The position numbers were made by a program, and so were the translations under genes. The notes under the pieces are model-generated. The model saw nothing but the letters and a program-made list of their open reading frames with translations. It was not told the origin of the DNA and did not search any database. Positions 18,798 to 28,330 of a stretch of 64,000 nt of DNA are shown here, in pieces; positions within the stretch are counted from its first letter, which is position 1, and the number at the start of each line of letters is the position of its first letter. The stretch comes from Thermodesulfobacteriota bacterium (lineage in GTDB: Bacteria > Desulfobacterota > Binatia > Bin18), in NCBI GenBank assembly GCA_964291405.2, contig OZ219926.1, positions 2,080,001 through 2,144,000 on the forward strand, read 5' to 3'.

Positions 18798-20594
18798 ATG
18801 TGGCTGACCACCGAACGGGCGCGTAACCGTCTGGCGGCTGAAAAGTCCATTTTTTCAGCCGCCATTGATGGAGACATTCCGCTCTGCCTTATTTATCCGA
18901 ACGAGTACGCGGTCGGGATGTCAAATCTGGGTTTCCAGGCTGCCTATAAAATCTTTACCCAACATGAGAGCTGCCGCTGTGAGCGAGCGTTTCTCCCTGA
19001 CCCGGACGAGGCCGCCGCGTTGAGGCGGACTGGGGCGCCGCTAGCCTCGCTCGAGACCCAGCGACCCCTGGCCGATTTTGAAATCTTGGCTTTCTCGATT
19101 TCGTTTGAAACGGACTATCTGCATATCCTTGATATTCTGGCGGCCGCGCATATTCCTCTTCGGGCCGCGGAACGAACTTCTCGCCACCCCTTGGTCATTG
19201 CCGGCGGACCAGCAACCTTTCTCAACCCCGAGCCTATTGCCGATTTTATTGATCTGTTCCTGATCGGTGAAGGTGAGGAAATGATTCCAGAGTTTCTGGA
19301 GCGCTATGCGTCTTTGGAGCGGGAGACGAACGACCCGGCACTGCGCTTGCAGGCGCTCAGTACCATAGTCGGCGCCTATGTGCCAGCCTTGTTCCATCCA
19401 GCGTATAATGCAACTGGGCATCTGGCCCAGGTGACTCAGGTGACACCGCCTGCCCGGACTCCTCATACGGTCCAGGAGGTGCAGGCGAGCAGTCAGGCGC
19501 TGACTGTACAGCGGCGCTTAGTCATGGATTTGGACGCCTATCCGACAACGTCGCAGCTCCTAACCCAGGAAACCGTTTTTGGCGATATGTTTCTCATTGA
19601 GGCGAGTCGAGGCTGTGAGTGGGGCTGTCGGTTTTGTGCAGCCGGCTTTATGTATCGACCCGTTCGCTATCGCAGTACGGCAGCCTTAACACAACAAGCG
19701 ACACAAGGCTTACAGGAACGACAGACCATTGGCCTAGTTGGAGCGGAGATGGCCAGCCAGCCGGGCATTGCCGGCCTGTGCGAGTTTATTGGTCAGGCCG
19801 GTGGCCGCGCGTCTCCGTCCTCCTTAAAAGCCGATGTGATTACCCAGGATTTGGCGCGCGCAGTTGGACACAATAATACCCATTCGGTCACTGTCGCTCC
19901 GGAAGCGGGCTCGGAGCGGATGCGCCGGGTGATTAATAAGAACTTGACTGAGTCGGAGATCCTTCGCGCAACAGAGCTGTTAGTCGGTGGAGGGGTCCAA
20001 GCCCTTAAGCTGTACTTCATGATGGGCCTGCCAACCGAGACCCAGGACGACGTTGATGCCATTGGAACGCTGACGCGGAAAATTCACAGCCGATTTTGCG
20101 GCAAACGGGCCAGGATTGGAAGAATTACCTTATCGATCAATGCCTTTGTGCCCAAGCCGTGGACTCCCCTTCAGTGGGAGCCCATGGAGGAACTCCCCGC
20201 TCTCCGGCGCAAGATGGCACGCTTGCAGAAACAACTTGCTCGTCTGCCACGAGTGACGGTCGATATCGAGTCGCCGCGGGAGGCCTACTACCAGACCGTG
20301 CTTTCGCGTGGAGATCGGCGCGTCGGTCGGCTACTACTCGATATCCACACGCACGGGGGTGACTGGTGGAGCGTAGTCCAACGCTGGCGGCGTAAGGCAA
20401 AACGTCGGCCCGGCGCTCTCAATCCCGACTTTTTTGTCCATCGTCGGTATGACTCCGAGGAACGGCTGCCCTGGGATTTTATCGATCATGGGGTGGACAA
20501 ACACTATCTGTGGGTCGAATGGCGTAAGGCATTATTGGAACGGCAAACGCCACCGTGTGATGTGACTTCGTGCCGGAGTTGCGCCGCGTGTTAG
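18798..20594 (+). CDS. B12-binding-domain radical SAM protein (TIGR03960/YgiQ-like)
   Basis: YPNEYAVGMSNLG, RGCEWGCRFC (CxxxCxxC), APEAGSERMR, FVPKPWTP and C-terminal CDVTSCRSCAAC. Confidence 0.88.
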   Translation: MWLTTERARNRLAAEKSIFSAAIDGDIPLCLIYPNEYAVGMSNLGFQAAYKIFTQHESCRCERAFLPDPDEAAALRRTGAPLASLETQRPLADFEILAFSISFETDYLHILDILAAAHIPLRAAERTSRHPLVIAGGPATFLNPEPIADFIDLFLIGEGEEMIPEFLERYASLERETNDPALRLQALSTIVGAYVPALFHPAYNATGHLAQVTQVTPPARTPHTVQEVQASSQALTVQRRLVMDLDAYPTTSQLLTQETVFGDMFLIEASRGCEWGCRFCAAGFMYRPVRYRSTAALTQQATQGLQERQTIGLVGAEMASQPGIAGLCEFIGQAGGRASPSSLKADVITQDLARAVGHNNTHSVTVAPEAGSERMRRVINKNLTESEILRATELLVGGGVQALKLYFMMGLPTETQDDVDAIGTLTRKIHSRFCGKRARIGRITLSINAFVPKPWTPLQWEPMEELPALRRKMARLQKQLARLPRVTVDIESPREAYYQTVLSRGDRRVGRLLLDIHTHGGDWWSVVQRWRRKAKRRPGALNPDFFVHRRYDSEERLPWDFIDHGVDKHYLWVEWRKALLERQTPPCDVTSCRSCAAC

Positions 20595-20610
20595 CCAGAG
20601 GGCGCGGGCG

Positions 20611-20997
20611 ATGATTTTTGGTATCGGCAATGACTTGGCCGAGGTCAATCGCGTCCGGGACGCGCTCGAACGTCCCCGAACGGGCCGGCGCTTCCGCGAG
20701 CGCGTCTTCACTGCTGGTGAGCAGGCCTATTGCGAGCGCCGGGGTAAAGGCAAGTATCAGAGTTACGCCGCACGCTTTGCGGCCAAAGAAGCCACAATGA
20801 AAGCGCTTGGACGCGGTTGGGGCCGTGTTGTCGGCTGGCGCGATGTTGAGGTCGTGCGGCAGCGGGGTTCACGTCCTAAGATTGTCCTGCACGGTAAGGC
20901 AAAAGCGTACGCCGCCGAGCAACGTATCCGCCGCTTACACTTGGCGCTAACCCACACGGCGACATTGGCAGAAGCCCAAGTCATGGCTGAGTTGTAA
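20611..20997 (+). CDS. acpS: holo-ACP synthase
   Basis: GIGNDLAEV and YAARFAAKEATMKALG motifs. Confidence 0.93.
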   Translation: MIFGIGNDLAEVNRVRDALERPRTGRRFRERVFTAGEQAYCERRGKGKYQSYAARFAAKEATMKALGRGWGRVVGWRDVEVVRQRGSRPKIVLHGKAKAYAAEQRIRRLHLALTHTATLAEAQVMAEL

Positions 20998-21003
20998 GCA
21001 TTG

Positions 21004-21028
21004 GAGGGGTGCGACGACCGCACCCCTC
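21004..21028. terminator. hairpin between the convergent acpS and E2 genes
   Basis: GAGGGGTGCG-ACGAC-CGCACCCCTC, a perfect 10-bp stem with no U-tract. Confidence 0.5.
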
Positions 21029-21039
21029 TGCTCGACCCG

Positions 21040-22254
21040 CTATCTGGCGTCGAGTGAAATCCTGTTCCCGTGGGCCAGCAGGTCGCCCACGGTCTGGAGA
21101 AACGCTCCGGCAGGGGCTCCATCTATCACGCGATGATCGAACGTTAGGCTCAAGACCATCATCGAACGCTTGGTGATCTCGCTGCGATAGATCACCGGTT
21201 TTTCAACAATCCGACCAACGCCGAGAATACCGGACTGCGGGGCATTGATGATAGGCGTAAAAGCATCAACGCCGTACATACCGAGGTTGGAGACCGTAAA
21301 CGTCCCACCCGATACTTCTTCGAGCTTGAGCTGACTCGCTCGGGCTTTCTCGGCTAAGGTTTTGGCCTCTGCGGCAATGTCCTTGAGCGATTTTTTGTCT
21401 ACATCCCGGACGACCGGAACGATCAAGCCCTCGTCCAGAGCCACCGCTAGTCCCACGTGGATGTCGCCGTGTACATGGATGATATTCCCTTCGAGGGAGG
21501 CGTTCATGCGCGGGTGCTGTCTGAGGGCATGGGCACAGGCCTGCACAATAAAGTCGGTATACGTGACGTTGAATTCCTGACGAACTTCTTGCCGGCGATC
21601 GATCAACTGCGTGACATCGACCTCGGTACTGATCGTGAGCTGAGCACTGCCCTGGAGGCTTTGATGCATGCGCTCGGCAATCACTTTCCGCATGCCGCGT
21701 AAAGGAATATCTTCCGCGGCTGCCGGCGTTGCGGCTGGTGCAGGCGACGGAGCGGCTTGACCTCCGCTATCAATGATTTTCTGTACATCTTCACGGGTGA
21801 TCCGACCGCGTGGGCCGGTCCCGGTCACGCCGGAGAGATCGATGCTGTGTTCTTTTGCCAGCTTCCGGGCTGCGGGAGTGACGGGCACGCGGCCGCGCTT
21901 CTCTTCCGCCGCCGGGGGTGCCGCTGAAGCTACTACTGGAGCGGGCTCAGGCGGCGCGGCCACCGGGGCGGCTGCCGCGTCTGCATATCGCGCGGCGACC
22001 TCAGCCACCTCTTCGCCTGCTTCCGCAATAATGGCGACAGGCAGCCCAACGCCAACCACGGCTTCGACGGCATACAGCAATTTGGCGACCGTTCCATCCG
22101 CGGTCGCTTCGACTTCATACAGCACTTTTTCGGTTTCGACCTCAAACAGGGCCTCGCCGGCTTTGATCGCGTCGCCCTCGGATTTGAACCACTGTTGGAT
22201 TGTGCCTTCGGTCATGGTCAGGCCGAACTTTGGCATTACGACTTCTACGGCCAC
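21040..22254 (-). CDS. dihydrolipoamide acyltransferase (E2) of a 2-oxoacid/acetoin dehydrogenase
   Basis: Lipoyl domain (VETEKV), E3-binding domain (TPAARKLAKE, GTGPRGRIT) and catalytic FDHRVIDGA; GTG start at 22254. Confidence 0.93.
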   Translation of the reverse strand: MAVEVVMPKFGLTMTEGTIQQWFKSEGDAIKAGEALFEVETEKVLYEVEATADGTVAKLLYAVEAVVGVGLPVAIIAEAGEEVAEVAARYADAAAAPVAAPPEPAPVVASAAPPAAEEKRGRVPVTPAARKLAKEHSIDLSGVTGTGPRGRITREDVQKIIDSGGQAAPSPAPAATPAAAEDIPLRGMRKVIAERMHQSLQGSAQLTISTEVDVTQLIDRRQEVRQEFNVTYTDFIVQACAHALRQHPRMNASLEGNIIHVHGDIHVGLAVALDEGLIVPVVRDVDKKSLKDIAAEAKTLAEKARASQLKLEEVSGGTFTVSNLGMYGVDAFTPIINAPQSGILGVGRIVEKPVIYRSEITKRSMMVLSLTFDHRVIDGAPAGAFLQTVGDLLAHGNRISLDAR

Positions 22255-22291
22255 AGGTGTATCCTTTCTTTCCGCGGAAGCTGACGCGGCG

Positions 22292-23260
22292 CTAGCCCAG
22301 CATCTCCTTGACAGTCGCGGTAATTTTCTTGTCGTTGGGAAGGATAAATTTTTCCATAGGAGGGCTGAACGGGATCGGGACATCCGGGGCAGCCAGGCGT
22401 TTAACTGGAGCGTCCAGGGAGTCAAAGCCCTTATCCGCAATAACGGCAGAAATTTCGGCTGCCGCACCACAGCGCAGATGGCCCTCATCAACCACCAGGA
22501 CGTTATGCGTCTTGGCCACAGAGGAGAGGATGGTCTCCTCATCCAGCGGAATCAGGCTGCGCGGGTCTATGACTTCGGCAGAAATCCCATCCTCTTCCAA
22601 AGATTTTGCGGCCTTGAGCGCTTGGGGGACCATATAGCCAATGGCAATAATGGTGACGTCTGAGCCTTCACGTTTCACCGCAGCTTGCCCGATGGGCACA
22701 AGATACTCCTCTTCCGGGACTTCTTCTCTGCTTCGGCCCAGCTTGAGGTGCTCAAAGACCAGGACGGGGTTATTGTCCCGAATGGCGCTTTTGAGGAGGC
22801 CCTTCATATCATAGGCACCCGAGGGAACCACAATTTTGAGCCCTGGCACACTCATGAACTGGGAATAGACCGTCTCGGAATGCTGGGCGGCTGCCGAGCC
22901 AACCGCACCGCACACAGCCCGGAAGGTAATAGGCATGTCGGCTTGGCCACCCGACATATAGCGCAGCTTGGCCGCCTGATTACAGACCTGATCCCAGCAG
23001 CAGTAGAAAAAGCTGGCAAACTCGATTTCAACAATCGGCCGCATCCCTGCCATAGCTGCGCCCACCCCAGCGCCCGCATAGCCGGCTTCTGAAATGGGAG
23101 CGTTCAGAATCCGCTCGGCGCCGAACTCATCTGTCAAGCCGCTGGTTGCGCCAAAGGCACCAACCCAGATGTCCAGACCCATCATGAAGGTTGTCGAGTC
23201 GTGTCGGAGTTCCTCGGCGAGGGCCGTATTAATCGCTTGAATAAAATTCATTTCAGGCAT
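22292..23260 (-). CDS. 2-oxoacid/acetoin dehydrogenase E1 beta subunit
   Basis: PISEAG, AAQHSE, PGLKIVVPS and EVIDPRSL motifs. Confidence 0.93.
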   Translation of the reverse strand: MPEMNFIQAINTALAEELRHDSTTFMMGLDIWVGAFGATSGLTDEFGAERILNAPISEAGYAGAGVGAAMAGMRPIVEIEFASFFYCCWDQVCNQAAKLRYMSGGQADMPITFRAVCGAVGSAAAQHSETVYSQFMSVPGLKIVVPSGAYDMKGLLKSAIRDNNPVLVFEHLKLGRSREEVPEEEYLVPIGQAAVKREGSDVTIIAIGYMVPQALKAAKSLEEDGISAEVIDPRSLIPLDEETILSSVAKTHNVLVVDEGHLRCGAAAEISAVIADKGFDSLDAPVKRLAAPDVPIPFSPPMEKFILPNDKKITATVKEMLG

Positions 23261-23270
23261 GATTTCCCCC

Positions 23271-24263
23271 CTAGGCAGCTGAGAACATATCGTCCAGGGC
23301 TTCCTCGGGCTCCGGATACGGGCTGTCTTGAGCAAACTGGACGGCGTCGTCAATGGCTTGCTTCACCTCGGCCTGGACTGCATCGATCTCTTCCTGGCTG
23401 AAGGTGTCCGGCACGAAACGCTGCTCAAAGGTAATGAGCGGACAGCGCCTCTTCCACGCTTCTATTTCGTCTGAGGGACGATAGCTGCGCTTGCCGAGAA
23501 AGGCTTCCTCGCCCACCACGTGGCCTTCCCAACGGTAGGTTTTACATTCAATCAAGGTCGGGCCTTCGCCCCTACGCGCGCGTTCGACCGCCTCGCTGGT
23601 GGCTTCGTAGACCTCGACGACGTCATTGCCGTTGACCACAACGCCGGGCATATCGTGGCCACGTGCCCGGTCGGCAATATCTTTGACCGAAGTCACGTCC
23701 TTACCGGCGGTGAACTCTCCGTACAAATTGTTTTCACACACATAGATCACGGGCAGCTTCCAGGACGAGGCGATATTGAGTGACTCGTGAAACGTGCCCT
23801 CGTTCGAGGCGCCATCACCGAAGAAACAGGCAGCGACCTCACCGCTGCCGCGCACTTTTGCCGCCAGACCCGCACCGGTCGCAATCGGTAAACCGGCGCC
23901 CACAATACCGTTCGCGCCCAGGATACCCAGGTCAAAATTGGCGATATGCATGGAGCCGCCCTTGCCCTTACAGTAACCAGTCTTTTTCCCGAACAACTCA
24001 GCCATCATGGGTTTGACTTCGCCACCCTTGGCGATCAAGTGGCCGTGACCGCGGTGGGTACTGGTAATATAGTCTTGCTCGGTTAAGGCGGCGGCGACTC
24101 CGGTGGCCGAGGCTTCTTCGCCAATCGAGACGTGAACAAAGCCGGGTATTTGCCCCTCTTGAAAAATATCACGCACACGGGACTCAAACTGCCGGATCGT
24201 TTGCATCGTACGATACATATCGAGCAGCTTGTCTGTACTCATGGTGGTATCCGCCATAGACAT
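23271..24263 (-). CDS. TPP-dependent 2-oxoacid/acetoin dehydrogenase E1 alpha subunit
   Basis: STHRGHGH, GKGGSMH, GDGA...NN TPP motif and TYRWEGH; AGGAGG RBS. Confidence 0.93.
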   Translation of the reverse strand: MSMADTTMSTDKLLDMYRTMQTIRQFESRVRDIFQEGQIPGFVHVSIGEEASATGVAAALTEQDYITSTHRGHGHLIAKGGEVKPMMAELFGKKTGYCKGKGGSMHIANFDLGILGANGIVGAGLPIATGAGLAAKVRGSGEVAACFFGDGASNEGTFHESLNIASSWKLPVIYVCENNLYGEFTAGKDVTSVKDIADRARGHDMPGVVVNGNDVVEVYEATSEAVERARRGEGPTLIECKTYRWEGHVVGEEAFLGKRSYRPSDEIEAWKRRCPLITFEQRFVPDTFSQEEIDAVQAEVKQAIDDAVQFAQDSPYPEPEEALDDMFSAA

Positions 24264-24429
24264 TTCCTCCTTTTGGGTTTGCGCGGAAAGCCCCGTCTTC
24301 ATAGTCTGAAACAGGGGCGAAGGTCAACAACGCCGTCGCGAGGAGGCTCATGTATGACATATAATTCGACGGAAACCGGAAGAGATGGGACTGTTACCTT
24401 GAGTGTACAGTTCTTCAAGGAAGTCTTTG

Positions 24430-25176
24430 TTAGGAATCCTTTACCGCAGGGTTAGGGTTTTTATCTGTCGCGGCTTTCTTTTCTTCTCCGAGTTGCTGTA
24501 GTGCTCCCATTCGTTGTTCTCGGTCATGCTTTGCAACATACCAGTCGGCAAAAAGCGTCTCGATGAGTTCGATCAGAAGCTGGGCCTCTTCAGGCTCCAC
24601 AGGAACAATTAAGTCCACGTCCTTTTCCATGTGTGCGCCGATATTGCCGACACTACGCACCGTATGAATTGCTGCCCATGTCGCCGCATCTACCTCCTCT
24701 TTAATAGCTTCTATCTCTTGCCAAAGATTGGGCTTATCATTCACGCTCCAGAAGTCTCGGATCATACCCTGTAAACATCTTCGGCTTAGCGTTGCTGAGG
24801 CCTTGGGGCTTAGATCTCGAATGCGGCACGCTTCATAATAATCTTCAACAATTTGAGGGGGAATGTAGCTAGGCTGTGGTTTTGCAGAGGACTCAGGGCG
24901 GAGTTGCCATGTATTAAGACATTCGCCCCATTTAGCGTAGAAAATCTCGCCGCTCTGGCTCCTTCTCACCTCCTCCAATCTATGCCAGTACACAGTAACG
25001 ACAAGCTCTCGGCAAGTCTGATTTGGGCATACAGAGGAAGACAATCGCAATCCTGTAGAGCCGTCCTTAACCCGCCCATCTGGAAAGCTAAAAAATATAT
25101 TGTCATGTTGAACATCGGCGTCCTGGAGAACTATGTCATGCTGACAGTATGGGCATGTGTAGCTATTAACGGGCAT
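24430..25176 (-). CDS. DUF4145 (HEPN-like) protein with an N-terminal Zn-ribbon
   Basis: CPYC and CPNQTC; EDYYEA...SPKASATLSRRCLQGMIRDFW; RSVGNIGAH. Visibly AT-richer than its flanks. Confidence 0.8.
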   Translation of the reverse strand: MPVNSYTCPYCQHDIVLQDADVQHDNIFFSFPDGRVKDGSTGLRLSSSVCPNQTCRELVVTVYWHRLEEVRRSQSGEIFYAKWGECLNTWQLRPESSAKPQPSYIPPQIVEDYYEACRIRDLSPKASATLSRRCLQGMIRDFWSVNDKPNLWQEIEAIKEEVDAATWAAIHTVRSVGNIGAHMEKDVDLIVPVEPEEAQLLIELIETLFADWYVAKHDREQRMGALQQLGEEKKAATDKNPNPAVKDS

Positions 25177-25319
25177 TGGAACTGCTCCTGTGTAGAGTAC
25201 GGTTAAGCGACCTCAGTGAGGCGATTTATAACTCGACATTATCGGGAGGTCAGGTTGAGACCTATCCGGCTACAAAAAACTGGTCTTTCAATCTCGTTGC
25301 AGGCTCGACAGAAGGACCG

Positions 25320-25889
25320 CTATTGCGGCGGAAGGAAGGCCGACACGGCAATAGCCTTGCCGCCTGGAGGGAACACGGTACCGTCTTCGCTCTTTATCCG
25401 CTCATGCTGATACTTGTCTCTTGACGGGTTCGTCAAAATGGCAACGCTGCGGTCAGCGAGGTTCACAATCCAATATTCCGGGATACCGCTTGCCGCATAC
25501 ACCTGGGCCTTCTGCCCCTGATCGTAGACCGGGTAGCTGTCTGCGACTTCTATGACGTCCATAACTTGGTCCGCCCGCGGATGGTGTTGAGCGTAATCGG
25601 CTGGATCGGGTTGACAGATGACAATATCCGGTTCGGGCTCGCTCCAATCGTTCAAAACAATCGGCACTTGGACACGAATATAGGCGGTATCCCCCACGAC
25701 CGGCAAAAGCGTAAATAAGAGACGGTGCATGGTAGCCGCATGGGGGCTGTTCTGTGGACTCATCGTAATAATGACTCCGTCGAGCAGTTCAACCCGCTCA
25801 TCTGCCAGGAGATGAGACTCTGCCAGGCGGTGGTACTCTTGACGGGTAAAACGATGAGGCACTGGAGCTGCCGGCACGCTATGCGTCAT
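25320..25889 (-). CDS. Uma2 family endonuclease (DUF820)
   Basis: RVELLDGVIITMSP, EPEPD, IEVADS and YAASGIPEYWIVNL motifs. Confidence 0.9.
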   Translation of the reverse strand: MTHSVPAAPVPHRFTRQEYHRLAESHLLADERVELLDGVIITMSPQNSPHAATMHRLLFTLLPVVGDTAYIRVQVPIVLNDWSEPEPDIVICQPDPADYAQHHPRADQVMDVIEVADSYPVYDQGQKAQVYAASGIPEYWIVNLADRSVAILTNPSRDKYQHERIKSEDGTVFPPGGKAIAVSAFLPPQ

Positions 25890-25955
25890 GGACCTAGTCT
25901 AGTCTCCTTGGTGAGGGAAGACAATAAAGTGGATTCGTGTTTCCACGAGACCCCG

Positions 25956-27395
25956 TCAGGTCTTCACCCGCACGCGATAGCCGATTTTCACCTCGCCGTT
26001 CTTCGGCACCGTGACCTCAAAACGCAGAGTATATGCATCGGGCTTTTCGTATTGCTCCGGGGTAGAAGCGACGACTTCCCAGTCACCGTACATAGGCTCT
26101 TCGACGTGGACCCGCACGTCTTCGTCCTTGTGATTGCGGACGACGATTTGCCAGCTCACCTCTGACGAGCGGCGTGACAGACGGGTAAAGCTCGTTTGGC
26201 GGCGCTCGCCAACGACGTCAAAGGCCTCGCCCGTTTTCATGCTGACGGTTTCGTCTTTGGGCGTGTGGTCAATGCTGTCCTCGCCGACAAACTGGAGGCT
26301 GCCTTGCGTGTCGGCTTTGTACACGCGGATGGTCCCTTTGGGTAAGGGTATTCCGAGGCGGTTTTTCTCAGCGTTTTCGATTTCGAGATAGACGCTCACT
26401 TTTTGTTGAGGAGGAGGCGTGTCAAACGTGGTACGTACGTAATGGGGCTGACCGCGGAGAACGAGGCGTTTGGTAATGGGAATGCCCACGGCGGATAAAA
26501 GCGCCATCTGCTTGGTCTGGTTGTTTTGGACCGTGGTTGGTCGATCCAGGGCATAGAGGTGGTATTCGAAAAAGGATTCTTCCTGAAACTGCGGCTCTGA
26601 AGAAGCGCTAGCCGAGGCGGCCATCGCGATGACCCGCTCGCGGAGAACTTCCGGCTGAACCCGATTGATATCACCGGCTACCAGCTTAAGCGTCGCGTTG
26701 CGATACGTGGTACCGGATTTATTCTCAATAGAGACCCAGCCAGACAGGTCTGCCTGACTGTCGTCGCTGTTGAGGGCAAGAACATAATCGGCCTGCCACG
26801 TCATGTCATTGGTGAGGTAGGAGGCTTCAATGGTGTGCGTGCTGGCAGCCTGAGCCTGGAGCAGCCACACGAGCGTTGGCTGGGCGATCAGGTTGGCCGG
26901 AATCTGGGGGAGAATCACTCTGCCCGGCAAACCAATCGAGATTTCGTCTCCTACTTGATAAATCGGGGAGTCGTTCGTGGCGAGCAGGGTGGCGGCCACG
27001 AGTTCATCTTTGCCGGTAAAATAGTTCTTGTCGAGCAGCCTGACTTCTTTGCCCACATATTTTTCGAGTAAGGTCTCCGGGCTGAGCAGGTCGTATTCAT
27101 AATTCTGCTCCAGGACCTGAAAGTTTTCCGAGTCGGGCCGCGACCGAATAAGCACCGTTGTCGGCATAATCCGGGCCGCGACATCCATAAACTGAAGGTG
27201 GGTCAACCCCTCAGCCAGTTCAATCTCACGGACATCTTTGACCAGTCCAAGGTTGGAATTATAGATCGTCAGCGAGACCTGGGTCTGATCAGCGTGGGTA
27301 CTCGTGAGCGGAGCGGCTGAGAGAAGGTGAGCACAAAAGACCTCGAAAACAAAAAGACTCGTAGCAAGAATCGCACTAGGCTGAAGGCGTTGCAT
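25956..27395 (-). CDS. DUF4139 domain secreted protein
   Basis: Signal-like N-terminus; LTIYNSNLGLVKD, EQNYEYDL, YLT..WQADY and FVGEDSIDHTPKDE motifs. Confidence 0.85.
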   Translation of the reverse strand: MQRLQPSAILATSLFVFEVFCAHLLSAAPLTSTHADQTQVSLTIYNSNLGLVKDVREIELAEGLTHLQFMDVAARIMPTTVLIRSRPDSENFQVLEQNYEYDLLSPETLLEKYVGKEVRLLDKNYFTGKDELVAATLLATNDSPIYQVGDEISIGLPGRVILPQIPANLIAQPTLVWLLQAQAASTHTIEASYLTNDMTWQADYVLALNSDDSQADLSGWVSIENKSGTTYRNATLKLVAGDINRVQPEVLRERVIAMAASASASSEPQFQEESFFEYHLYALDRPTTVQNNQTKQMALLSAVGIPITKRLVLRGQPHYVRTTFDTPPPQQKVSVYLEIENAEKNRLGIPLPKGTIRVYKADTQGSLQFVGEDSIDHTPKDETVSMKTGEAFDVVGERRQTSFTRLSRRSSEVSWQIVVRNHKDEDVRVHVEEPMYGDWEVVASTPEQYEKPDAYTLRFEVTVPKNGEVKIGYRVRVKT

Positions 27396-27500
27396 AGGCG
27401 GTACAGTCACTCGTCCTTTCTCCCCGGATGCTTTCAGCATAGCGGGTTTTCCGTACGAACACCAAAAAGACGACAGGATCGCAGAAAATTCACTGAGCTC

Positions 27501-28325
27501 CTATGCCATCTCAAAGCGAGTCAACAAACCCCGTTTCTTGGCCTGATAGAGCGCGTACTGAAAATAGGCAATGGAAAGGACAAACAGCACCGCCGTCAAA
27601 CCGAGAGATATCAGCAGCGGCTGCCAGGCTAATTCCCCGGTTGCAATGGCGTATCGCAGTCCTTCAAACACATGTGTACTGGGCAGGGTGATGGCAATAC
27701 CCTGAACCCAGCCCGGCATACTGTCGAGCGGATAAAAGACACAACTAAAAGGCTGAATAATAAATCCTACTGACCAGGCCAGGATCTGAATACGGAGACC
27801 GTAGCGAAAGATCAGGGCAGCGATGAGAATACCGATGACCCAGCCGAAGAGCAGCAGGACGCTGGTGAAGACGGCGAGAGCCGTGCCGCCAATATCCATA
27901 ATATTAAAGGCGTACAGGCCCCAGGCGAGGAGGGTGAGAAAAAGAAAACTCAGGATGCAGCGAATGAGGCCAATAAGACCAACCGCCACAAAGAGTTCGA
28001 CCGAGGTGACTGGCGAGGCAAACAGGTTGTAGACGTTGCGACTCCAGAAATCTTCGAGGATAAACGTCCCAACATCGGTCTGCGCCCGCCAGAACAAACT
28101 CCACAGCACGGCCCCGCCAAGAAAGAACTCCATGACTCCGGAGAACGAAGACGTTGACGCGATGAACATGCTGGTGAATCCCCACAATAAGAGGGAGATG
28201 ACCGGCCAGTACACAATGTCAAAAATACGGTCCAGACTGCGATAGCACAGACAGGTAAACTTATAGACCAAGCCCCAAATTGCCATGGTTGAAAAGCCAT
28301 AATCCTGAGAGTTCACAAAACGCAC
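27501..28325 (-). CDS. ABC-2 type exporter permease
   Basis: About six TM helices; FYPLDSMPGW and PSTHVFEGLR motifs; follows the ABC ATPase. Confidence 0.88.
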   Translation of the reverse strand: MRFVNSQDYGFSTMAIWGLVYKFTCLCYRSLDRIFDIVYWPVISLLLWGFTSMFIASTSSFSGVMEFFLGGAVLWSLFWRAQTDVGTFILEDFWSRNVYNLFASPVTSVELFVAVGLIGLIRCILSFLFLTLLAWGLYAFNIMDIGGTALAVFTSVLLLFGWVIGILIAALIFRYGLRIQILAWSVGFIIQPFSCVFYPLDSMPGWVQGIAITLPSTHVFEGLRYAIATGELAWQPLLISLGLTAVLFVLSIAYFQYALYQAKKRGLLTRFEMA

Positions 28326-28330
28326 GCGGC

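Noticed and set aside
24354-24455. 33-aa ORF behind AGGAGG (possible antitoxin remnant)
   Set aside because: Too short, no convincing family motif, and it overlaps the DUF4145 3' end.
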